Positions 20,953-29,517 of a stretch of DNA of 64,000 bases are shown here, one piece after another. The notes beneath the pieces were generated by a model. It saw nothing but the letters and a program-made list of their open reading frames with translations, was not told where the DNA came from and did no database searches. The translations under genes and the position numbers were made by a program. Origin of the DNA: an uncultured Acidobacteriota bacterium (lineage in GTDB: Bacteria; Acidobacteriota; Vicinamibacteria; Vicinamibacterales; 2-12-FULL-66-21); assembly GCA_963844245.1 (NCBI GenBank), contig CAWJNJ010000012.1, positions 12,339 to 76,338 on the forward strand, written 5' to 3'. Position 1 is the first letter of the stretch. Every line of letters begins with the position of its first letter.

Positions 20953-22113
20953 GTGGCGGATCGTCGCGATCGGCGCCGCGTGGACGGCGCGTGGTGGCTG
21001 CTCATCGGCGCCTTCATCGCCGGGGCAATTCCCGGCGGCTGGCTGACGATCGTCGCCGTGGTCGCCGTCATCATCCTGCCGCTGTTGGTGCTGGTGCAAC
21101 GGTTCCGCGGTGCCTACCCATCGGCGTGGACGCGGCTGTTCGTCTTCCGGCCGTTCTGGTACGCCCAGCTGGCTGCACCGCTGGTCGCGATCGGCGCCCT
21201 CGCTTGGCTTCCTCATCGGACTGCCGTTCGGGATGGGCCTCGTCGCCGCGCGCTGGACCGTCGTTGTCGTCGGCAGCCTCTTCGTCGTCGGCGCGGTCGC
21301 CGGCTACATCGGTTCGCGACTGCTGCGCGTCAAGTCGCTCGAGGCGCACTTCCCTCACCTGCCTGATGGATTGATCGGACTCCGCATCGTCCAGGTCTCC
21401 GACCTGCATGTGGGTCCGCACACGTCGACCCGATTTCTCGCGCGGGTCTCGAAGGCGGTGACGGCTGCGGCGCCGGACCTCCTCGTCATCACCGGCGACC
21501 AGGTCGACGACTACGCGGAGGATGTCTCTCACTTCGCCGCTGCGTTCACCGGCCTGCGCGCGCCGCTCGGTGTGTTTGCGGTCGCGGGCAATCACGACGT
21601 CTACGCTGGATGGGCGGAGGTCCACCGTGGCATGAACGCCGATGGGCATTCGGGTTCTCGTCAACGAGGCCGTGCAGTTGTCGTATCGGTGGTGTGCCGT
21701 TCTGGCTGGGAGGCACAGGGGATCCTGCAGGCGTCGGCGGACCGCTTGGTCCGGATCGCTCCGTCGCACCAGACGTCCCCCGAACGCTCAGCGGCATCCC
21801 CGCGGGTGCGTTCACGATCGTCCTCGCCCACAACCCGGCACTGTGGCCGAGCCTCGCCGAACGCGGTGTTCACCTGACGCTGAGTGGCCACACGCACTAC
21901 GGTCAGCTCTCCATCCCTCGAATCGGATGGAGCCTCGCGTCACTGTTCCTGGAGCACGCGATGGACTGGCACGCCCGCGATCGGTCGCTGCTCTACATCA
22001 ACCCCGGCACCAACTACTGGGGCCTGCCGCTCCGCCTTGGCGCGCTGCCAGAGGTAACGATCATCACACTGGCGCGCGCCGGCACTGAAAGGCCCGAGAT
22101 ACGGTCGGCATAG
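20953..22113 (+). CDS. Membrane metallophosphoesterase (YkuE-like), two frameshifts
   Basis: QVSDLHVG, ITGDQVD, GNHD, LAHNP, LSGHTHYGQ, PLRLGALPE across three frames. Confidence 0.85.
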
Positions 22114-22144
22114 GAACACTGACTGGTCGTTTGAAGTCAGGGTT

Positions 22145-23062
22145 GTGCGGCGGTACAATCTCGCCCGGAGGGATAGCCATGAGGACGCGTCGCTGCTGTT
22201 TCTGACCGCCCTATCGTGCACGGCCTGGTTGCCGCTCGCCAGCCCGCTCGTCGCGCAAACCCAACCGACAGCCGCATCGGTGCCGCTGCCGAACCAGCCG
22301 GATTCGTTCAGATTCGCCGTCCTCGGAAATTCCGGCACCGGCGAGCAGGCCCAGTACGAGCTTGCCGACCAGATGGCCGCGCTCCGCGAGCGTTTCAAAT
22401 ACGACGCCGTCATTCTTCTGGGCGACAACATTCAAGGCAACGAGCGGCCGCAGGATTTCGTGAAGAAGTTCGAGGCGCCTTACAAACGGCTCCTGGACGG
22501 GGGCGTGACGTTCCACGCGGCACTCGGGAACGAAGATTCGCCAGAACAGCGCTACTACAGGAACTTCAGCATGAAGGGAAACCTGTATTACACGTTCGAG
22601 CCGCGGCCGGACGTGCAGTTCATCGCCTTCCAGAGTACGTATGTCGACAAGGACCAGATCCAGTGGCTTGAGGCGACGTTAAAGAGTTCGAAGAGTGCGT
22701 GGAAGATCGTTTACCTGCACCACCCGCTCTACTCATCCGGCCGCCGGCACGGCTCCGACTCGAGGCTGCGCGCGGAGCTCGAGCCGCTCTTTATCAAATA
22801 CAACGTCAGCGTCGTCTTCAGCGCGCACGACAACATTTACGAGCGAACCAAGCCGCAGAGCGGCATCACCTACTTCGTCGTCGGTTCCGGCGGGAAGGTC
22901 CAGCAGGGGGACATCGACCGCAACAGCGGACTGACCGCGAGCGGGTTCGACACGGACCTGGCATTTCTGGCCGCGGAGATCATCGGCGATCAGATGCACT
23001 TCAACACGATCTCCCGGACTGGAGAGGTGGTCGACTCGGGAGCGCTCTCGCGGCGCAAATAG
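22145..23062 (+). CDS. Secreted calcineurin-like metallophosphoesterase
   Basis: FRFAVLGNSG, LLGDNI, ALGNED, LHHPLYSSG, FSAHDNIYER, VVGSGG. Start uncertain (possibly ATG 22179 with a frameshift). Confidence 0.82.
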   Translation: MRRYNLARRDSHEDASLLFLTALSCTAWLPLASPLVAQTQPTAASVPLPNQPDSFRFAVLGNSGTGEQAQYELADQMAALRERFKYDAVILLGDNIQGNERPQDFVKKFEAPYKRLLDGGVTFHAALGNEDSPEQRYYRNFSMKGNLYYTFEPRPDVQFIAFQSTYVDKDQIQWLEATLKSSKSAWKIVYLHHPLYSSGRRHGSDSRLRAELEPLFIKYNVSVVFSAHDNIYERTKPQSGITYFVVGSGGKVQQGDIDRNSGLTASGFDTDLAFLAAEIIGDQMHFNTISRTGEVVDSGALSRRK

Positions 23063-23114
23063 AGGCAACGGCCGCTCATTTGACGAGGTGGATCGACAGG
23101 CGTAGTGTGAGTTA

Positions 23115-23248
23115 GACGCCTAAGACGCTCGATAGAGCGTCGCGGGGGACCCAAAGGGCGCGATGTCGCGCCCAGGGGCGAATGGTCGCAGGACCTAGAG
23201 GACTTCCAACCTCGAGCCCGTCAGCTAACCCCGTCGGCACTTGGAGGT
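23115..23248 (+). ncRNA. Cyclic di-AMP riboswitch (ydaO/yuaA class)
   Basis: Ordered hallmark blocks: hairpin GACGCTC-GATA-GAGCGTC; CGGGGGACCCA (23143-23153); GGGGCGAAT (23175-23183); CTTCCAA (23203-23209); GAGCCCGTCAGCTAACCCCGTCGGC; TTGGAGG (23241-23247). Confidence 0.85.
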
Positions 23249-23253
23249 TCGTC

Positions 23254-25189
23254 GTGTCTGTTGACTCGCCTGTTCAGGCGGCGATCGTGATCGCCGTACC
23301 CTTCGTTCTCCTCCTGCTCGTCATCACCGTGCTCTCGATTCATCGCATCGGTCCCAATGAAGTGGGGCTGGTGATCCGCCGCTGGGGATCCCGGCGAGCG
23401 GAGGGTGGTCCTATCGCCTTTCATGGCGAAGCCGGGTATCAAGCGGATCTGCTGATGCCAGGCATCGCCGTGCGCATCTGGCCGATGAACCGTGTCGAAA
23501 AACACCCGTGGGTGCAGATTCCAACCGGCGAGGTTGGCCTCGTCATCGCACAGGCCGGTGCGCCGTTACCCATGGGATGGAAGTCCGGCGTCTACAAGCC
23601 GGTGTTCGGACAGTTCACCGACGTGCGCACCTTCGTCGCCGAGGGCGGACAGCAAGGTGTGCAAAGGCCGGTGCTCCCTCCAGGAGCGATTCTGCCCCTG
23701 CATCCGGTTGCATTTCTGGTGCTCTCGAAGAGCCGCAGTTTTGGCCTGCCGGTCAACGCCGAATACCGCGCCCGCTTCGGGCCCGCGCTCTTTGGACTCG
23801 AAGCCGACGAACTCACGTTGAGGGTGATCGCGCCGGTCACCGACCATGAGAACGGTATCAACAAGATCACCGATGTCGTCGGCATCGTCGAGGTCCTCGA
23901 AGGCGAGCCATTGCCCTCGGGCGACATCGCGTGCCGGATGGGCCGCTTCGATGACGTCCGCGAGATGGAGCTCGCCGGCCGCAGCGACGCGGAGATCGCC
24001 GACGTGTTGATTGGCAATCAGAACGAGCGGCACAACAACTACCAGGACTACCAGAAGTTCCTCGAAAGCGGCGGCCGCATCGGCCTGCAGCACGATCCCC
24101 TGCTCTACGGATCCTATGCACTCAATCCGTACCTCGTTCGTGTTCAGACCGTTCCGATGCTGGTCGTCCGGCAGGGAGAAGTCGCCGTCATCAAGGCCGC
24201 GGTTGGCCAGCCGTCGGAAGACACGTCGGGCGACGAATTCAAATTTGGCTCGATCGTACGGCCAGGGCACCGCGGCATCTGGGAGGAACCACTCCGCACC
24301 GGCAAATACGCGATCAACCCCAGGATCTACCAGGCCGAGATGGTGCCCACCGCGATACTCACGCTCAACTGGGCCGAAGCCGCGTCGCAGGCGCACAACC
24401 TGGACAAGCATCTGAAACAGATCGTGGCCAAGTCCAAGGAAGGTTTCATCTTCAACATCGACTTGCAGGTCCAGATCCATGTCTCCGACAAGCTCGCCCC
24501 CAAGGTGATCTCGATGGTCGGGACGATGCAGAATCTCGTCAACGAAGTGCTGCAGGCGGTGGTCGGTAACTATTTTCGCGACACGCTGCAGGGGATGGCA
24601 GCGGTGCAGTTCATCGAGAACCGCGCCGCCGTGCAGACGCAGGCGCAGAACTACATCGCGGATCAGATCCGGCGCTACAACGTCGAGACCCGCGGCGTGT
24701 ATATCCAGGACGTCGTCCTGCCCGAGGAAATTGTCCGCGTCCTGACCCAGCGCGAGATCGCGAACCAGGAGAAAGCGACATTCCTGGCACAACGAGAAGC
24801 GCAACTGACGCGCATCGACATGGAAAAGCAAGGCGGGCTCGCCGATCGGCAGCGGGACCTCGCCGGTTCCGAGGTCGACATCATCATCAGGGAGAATCGC
24901 GCCCGCGCGCGAAAGGCAGAAGCGGACGGCGAAGCCACCTACATCGAGCAGACCGGCCGTGCGAGAGGCGCGGAAATCGAAGCCGTCGGCCTGGCCCGCG
25001 CGAATGGGTTTCAAGGCCCAGGCGGAGGCGCTTGGATCCGAGGCCACCGGGACGATCAACGTCGTGTCTGAACTGGTGAAGAGCCAGACCCGCTTCGTGC
25101 CCGACATCCTGGTGACAGGGAGCGGTGGTGACGCCACGTCGGCGGGCATCATGGGGTTCCTGCGCGAGTTCCAACGACAGGGGGCGTGA
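23254..25189 (+). CDS. Large SPFH/Band 7/flotillin-like protein; frameshift near 25010
   Basis: N-terminal TM, IGPNEVGLV, repeated GxQ..L.PG units, SKEGFIFNIDLQVQIHV, VYIQDVVLPEE, coiled-coil C-terminus. GGAGG lies 6 nt before GTG 23254. Confidence 0.85.
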
Positions 25190-25214
25190 AGGCTGAGGAA
25201 ATTCTTCGAAAAGT

Positions 25215-25289
25215 TGGTGGGCGCTAATGGATTCGAACCATTGACCCCCGCCGTGTGAAGGCGATGCTCTACCACTGAGCCAAGCGCCC
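25215..25289 (-). tRNA. tRNA-Val (anticodon CAC)
   Basis: Reverse complement GGGCGCTTGGCTCAGTGGTAGAGCATCGCCTT-CAC-ACGGCGGGGGTCAATGGTTCGAATCCATTAGCGCCCACCA: 75 nt, cloverleaf, encoded CCA. Confidence 0.97.
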
Positions 25290-25353
25290 AACTCGTGAAG
25301 AACTCTTAGTTTAGCGCACGGCCTCGCTCACAGGCAAACTTCCGCCTTCGGCG

Positions 25354-25414
25354 AACTTCCAACTACCAATCTCCAACTTCCAATTGGCTTTTGGAAGTTG
25401 GAGGTTGGAAGTTG
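25354..25414. repeat. Inverted heptamer repeat hairpin, possible terminator
   Basis: AACTTCCAACTACCAATCTCCAACTTCCAA...TTGGAAGTTGGAGGTTGGAAGTTG right after the stop of 25416..25964. Confidence 0.65.
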
Positions 25415-25415
25415 T

Positions 25416-25964
25416 TTAGGTCCCCTTGGGCTTGGCGTGCGCGAGCAGGAGCCCCAGGATGCGCGCGTACTCGGTGTCGGCATCGCTGTAGGCCTTGAGG
25501 TAGAGCTCGTCGCTCAGCTTCGCTTTTCTCGAGCCTTCGAACACGTGCGTCTTGTTGTCCCGCTCCCACGAGTCCGGCGGCACGTCGCGTTTCGGCTTCG
25601 CGGCAAAGCCGTCGCCACTCACGTCGCTGGCGACGAGGCGGGATCCCGCGACCGAGCCCCCCATCAGGTCCATGTACAACTCTTTGTATTCCTTCTTCTC
25701 GAGGCGGTAGACGCCGATGTCGGGCGTCAGGAACTTCCCCGATACGACCAGGAGCTGGGCACCGGGAACGTAAATGGCCGCAACGAATCCGCCGCCGGTC
25801 GGATCCGGTGCGGCAAAGCTTTCGAGTTTGGCAGCGTCGAGGAGCTGAGTGAGCTGCCTTGCGAGGGGGCCCGACTTCGACTCCTGGGCGGCAGCGAGTG
25901 TGGGATATGCGATCGCGGCCGCGCACATGACGGCAGCGGCGGCAGACGAGAAGTTCTTGAACAT
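25416..25964 (-). CDS. Hypothetical secreted protein
   Basis: Signal peptide ending LAAA-QES; 182 aa; GAGGT RBS-like site upstream. Confidence 0.7.
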   Translation of the reverse strand: MFKNFSSAAAAVMCAAAIAYPTLAAAQESKSGPLARQLTQLLDAAKLESFAAPDPTGGGFVAAIYVPGAQLLVVSGKFLTPDIGVYRLEKKEYKELYMDLMGGSVAGSRLVASDVSGDGFAAKPKRDVPPDSWERDNKTHVFEGSRKAKLSDELYLKAYSDADTEYARILGLLLAHAKPKGT

Positions 25965-26053
25965 CGGTGGACCTCAGCTGAACCTGTGAGGTCCGGGTTG
26001 TACCACGCCTCCCCCGGGGCGTCAATCAGGGGTTCGGCCCGAGAGCGGCGTGA

Positions 26054-26506
26054 TCAGCCGATAAAGAGCGCGTCGTCTTCCTCGCTGTGACGGCCCGGAC
26101 GGCCGGCGCGGAAGCTGCCGAAACCGCGGAGTGCGGAAAGGCCGGCCTTGAGCGCGGCGACAACCGCGATGCCCTCGCGCGCGGGCGTGACGATGGCGTG
26201 CTGAACCAGCGTCGAGGTTTCGTCGACGCGCCGGGTCAGATCGGTCACCAGCCTGTCGACCTTCTCGGCCTGTGCGGTGGCCAGGGTGACGGTCTTCGAC
26301 GCCTCTTCGGCAATCTCGTTCGCCTTGGCGAGCAGCGGCTTGACGTCACGATGGACGGAGGCCAGGACGTCCTGCGCCTGCTTGGCGACGGCCTGCGCCT
26401 CCTTCGCGATCCGGAGCACCGCGATGATCGCGCCCACCTGGATCAGCGCCATCACGAGCGTCGCGACCGCGATGATCCCGAGGAAGACGCCCGACCACTC
26501 GCTCAC
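26054..26506 (-). CDS. DUF948-like membrane coiled-coil protein
   Basis: One TM followed by heptad helices; coupled to the YtxH gene. Confidence 0.65.
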   Translation of the reverse strand: MSEWSGVFLGIIAVATLVMALIQVGAIIAVLRIAKEAQAVAKQAQDVLASVHRDVKPLLAKANEIAEEASKTVTLATAQAEKVDRLVTDLTRRVDETSTLVQHAIVTPAREGIAVVAALKAGLSALRGFGSFRAGRPGRHSEEDDALFIG

Positions 26507-26814
26507 AGCGCGTCCCCGCCGGTCGGGCCCGGCGCCGGCGGCGTGACACCGGCGGTCTTGGCCTGCTGGTAGGCTGCGCGTCCACGCTCGATGGCCTGGA
26601 CGACGGTGCCACGCTGGTGTTCGACGAACTCGCGGCCCTGGCGCGCCGCTTCGGACGCCTTATCCGCACCCTCGCGCGCCTTCTCGGCCAGTTTCCGCCG
26701 CATCTCGTCACCCGTCGCCGGCGCCATCAGCAGCGCGACCGCCGCACCGGCACACGCGCCAAGGACGAACGACATGATGATGGAGCCCGCCGCGCCGCTG
26801 TCGTTTCTAGCCAT
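26503..26814 (-). CDS. YtxH domain protein
   Basis: FVLGACAGAAVALLMAPATGDEMRRKL. Confidence 0.85.
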   Translation of the reverse strand: MARNDSGAAGSIIMSFVLGACAGAAVALLMAPATGDEMRRKLAEKAREGADKASEAARQGREFVEHQRGTVVQAIERGRAAYQQAKTAGVTPPAPGPTGGDAL

Positions 26815-26847
26815 TCGAGCCTCGCAAAATAAAGTCCAAACCTGGAT

Positions 26848-27888
26848 TTACCAGATGCTGACCCGAACGTTCAGATACTTTTTCGGGTCTTTCTTGATCT
26901 CCGCGATGAGCGAGCGCAGCTCATTCGCAGCGCCGTTCATATTGTCATACAACTGCTTGTCCTTCATCAGCATGCCCGCGGTCCCCTGGCCGGCCTCAAT
27001 CGACGCCACCAGCTTGTCCATTCGCGTGGTAATGCCGTCGAGCCGGTCGTAGATCGCCGTCTCGTTCAGGAGCTTTCCCGCCGTGCCCTGCCCGCTGTTG
27101 ATCTTGCCGGAGATCTGTTCGAAATTCCCTGCCGTCTGCGTCAGCGACTTTGCCATCGCGTCGTCGTGCAGCAACTTGCCGAGGCTGCCCTCGCCGGCGC
27201 GGATCCGCTTGGTCATCTCGTTGAGATTGGTGAGCGCCGCGTTGAACTGCTGGTAGGCCGCGTCGCTCTTCAACAGCTTGCCCGCGGTGCCTTCGCCGCG
27301 ATTGATGCCGGCGATGACGCTCTCGGTAGACGTGAGCAGCGCCGTGAATTCACGGTACGCGGCATCATCGGTCATCAGCTTGCCGATGGTGCCTTTGCCG
27401 GCGCGGATGTCCTGGATCAGCTTCGTCGCTTCCTCGACACCGGCGGTGACCGGGGCCGCCATGTCGGCGATGCCGGAAGCGGCGCGCGTGCTCGGGATGA
27501 AGTCGCCATCCTTCAACGGACGGCCTTCGCCCGACGGCGAGATCGCAATCAGCGGCTCGCCGAGCAGGCTGAGCGCACCGATGGAGGCGCGCGAGTGCTC
27601 GGTGATCCGCTCCTGCATCGACTCGTTCACTTCGAAGACGACTTCGACGTTCGTGCCGACGAACTGGATGTCGGTCACCTTGCCGACGTCCACGCCCGCC
27701 ACCCGAACGACGGCGCCGGTTTTGAGCCCGGCGATGTCGGTGAAGTTGGTCTTCAGCGCGTAGCGCTCCCAGACGAAACCGCCCTGCCCGCCGACGGCCA
27801 GGATCAGCATGGTGGCGAGCCCCAGGGCCGCGACGACGAGGATCCCGATCTTCAATTGCGACCAGGCGAGTGAATGCGTTCGGGCCAT
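26848..27888 (-). CDS. mlaD: MlaD/MCE family protein
   Basis: LKIGILV TM, GLKTGAVVRVAGVDVGKV, repeated G.GT.GKL, DPKKYLNVRVSIW. Confidence 0.88.
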   Translation of the reverse strand: MARTHSLAWSQLKIGILVVAALGLATMLILAVGGQGGFVWERYALKTNFTDIAGLKTGAVVRVAGVDVGKVTDIQFVGTNVEVVFEVNESMQERITEHSRASIGALSLLGEPLIAISPSGEGRPLKDGDFIPSTRAASGIADMAAPVTAGVEEATKLIQDIRAGKGTIGKLMTDDAAYREFTALLTSTESVIAGINRGEGTAGKLLKSDAAYQQFNAALTNLNEMTKRIRAGEGSLGKLLHDDAMAKSLTQTAGNFEQISGKINSGQGTAGKLLNETAIYDRLDGITTRMDKLVASIEAGQGTAGMLMKDKQLYDNMNGAANELRSLIAEIKKDPKKYLNVRVSIW

Positions 27889-27901
27889 CTGTCTAAAACC
27901 T

Positions 27902-28756
27902 CTACGAGAGAAATGCCTCGATGTACTTATCGCGCTTCTGAACCGCGCGCAGCTCGCTCGCGTTGCCTTCGAACGCGATCCTGCCTTCACGCAGCATGAT
28001 GAATTCGGCCTCGTCGGCCTTCGATGCCGGGGCGCGCTCGAAGCGCACACCGTCCGGCCCGTCCGGCAGCGCCATGTGCTCGGCAACGAAGAACGCGTCG
28101 CGGAGCTGGTGCGTTACGACGATGGAGCTGACCTGTTCCAGGTCCCGCAGCTTGATGATCTCCTCGTCGATCGTGATCGAGGTGATCGGATCGAGCCCGG
28201 TGGTCGGCTCGTCATACAGCAGGATCCGCGGCTTGGCGGCCATCGCGCGCGCGATCGCGACACGCCGCCGCTGCCCGCCGGACAGTTCCGACGGCTTGCG
28301 ATCGATGAACTCCGCCAGCCGGACGAAGCCGAGCACCTCTTCGACCCGCTGGTTCGCCTGCGCCCAGGAGACCTTCTGCTCCAGCAGCTTGTAGCCGACG
28401 TTCTCACGAACGGTCAGCGAGTCGAAGAGCGCGCCTTCCTGGAACACCATGCCGAGGTCGCCGCGGACCGCCATCATCTGGTCCTCGGACATGTTATCGA
28501 CCCGTTCGCCATTGACGAAGATGTGTCCGCCGTCGGGCTTCAGCAGCCCGAGAATCAGGCGCAGGATCGTCGACTTCCCCGCGCCGCTCGCGCCGAGGAA
28601 GATCTTGGTGTGGCCGGTCTTCAACGTGAAGCTGATCTCGTCGAGAATCACCTTTTCGTCGAAAGCCAGCGTCACCTTGTCGAAGACGACAATCGGCCCG
28701 CCGTGGCCGAGGGCCTCTTCGAGGAGCGCCGAGCGAGGTTCGCGGTCAACAGCCAT
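27902..28756 (-). CDS. mlaF: MlaF-like ABC ATPase
   Basis: GASGAGKST, FQEGALFDSLTV, LSGGQRRR, LYDEPTTGLDP. Confidence 0.9.
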   Translation of the reverse strand: MAVDREPRSALLEEALGHGGPIVVFDKVTLAFDEKVILDEISFTLKTGHTKIFLGASGAGKSTILRLILGLLKPDGGHIFVNGERVDNMSEDQMMAVRGDLGMVFQEGALFDSLTVRENVGYKLLEQKVSWAQANQRVEEVLGFVRLAEFIDRKPSELSGGQRRRVAIARAMAAKPRILLYDEPTTGLDPITSITIDEEIIKLRDLEQVSSIVVTHQLRDAFFVAEHMALPDGPDGVRFERAPASKADEAEFIMLREGRIAFEGNASELRAVQKRDKYIEAFLS

Positions 28757-29517
28757 CAATACATCAGGAAGATGAGTGCCTTGGTGACGAGAAAATTCAC
28801 CACCAGGACGGCAACGGAGCTGGCGACGACGGCATTGGTGGTCGCGCGGCCGACGCCCTGGGTGCCGCCCGAGGTGCGCAGCCCGACGTGGCAGCCGATC
28901 GTGACGATCGCGAAACCCAGGAAGAAGGGTTTGATCAATCCCATCCAGACGTCCTGGATATACAAGCCGCCGACCACCGAGTTCCAGTAGACGCCCGACG
29001 CGACCTTCAACTGCGTGTAGGTGATGATCCACGCACCGAGCAGGCCGACCCCAACGGAAATGCAGGTGAGCAGCGGCACCATCAGCACGCCGGCCAGGAT
29101 CCGCGGCAGCACGAGCTTTCGAACCGGGTCGGTGCCGAGCGCACGGAGCGCCGCGATCTGGTCCGTCACCACCATCGAGCCGAGTTCCGCCGCGATGCCG
29201 GACCCGACGCGGCCGGCGACCATCAGCGCCGTCAGCACGGGGCCCAGTTCCTTCACCATCGACGCACTGACCAGGCGGCCGACCATCGAGCGCGCGCCGA
29301 ACAGGTCGAGCGTCATGCCCGACTGCAGCGCGAGCACCATCCCGGTGAACAACCCGGTCAGGATGACGACCGTCAGCGAGCCGATACCGATGATGTTCAG
29401 CTGTTCGATGATGTCGCGGTAGTAGAAGGGCCGGGTGACGAGCGACCGTGCCGCCCTGCCGACCATCCGCGCGTACTCCTGGACCTCGAGGAGCGCAGCC
29501 TTGATCCAGTCGTTCAT
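28756..29517 (-). CDS. mlaE: MlaE permease
   Basis: KELGPVLTALMVAGRVGSGIAAELGSMVVTDQIAAL; GVGRATTNAVV. Confidence 0.93.
   Translation of the reverse strand: MNDWIKAALLEVQEYARMVGRAARSLVTRPFYYRDIIEQLNIIGIGSLTVVILTGLFTGMVLALQSGMTLDLFGARSMVGRLVSASMVKELGPVLTALMVAGRVGSGIAAELGSMVVTDQIAALRALGTDPVRKLVLPRILAGVLMVPLLTCISVGVGLLGAWIITYTQLKVASGVYWNSVVGGLYIQDVWMGLIKPFFLGFAIVTIGCHVGLRTSGGTQGVGRATTNAVVASSVAVLVVNFLVTKALIFLMY

Noticed and set aside
23182-23253. ORF-track start of the SPFH gene at ATG 23182
   Set aside because: It lies inside the riboswitch aptamer; GTG 23254 has a proper GGAGG and directly precedes the TM helix.
24990-25030. Programmed frameshifting in the SPFH gene or other split genes
   Set aside because: Indels are widespread and often in short homopolymers; sequencing error is the simpler explanation.
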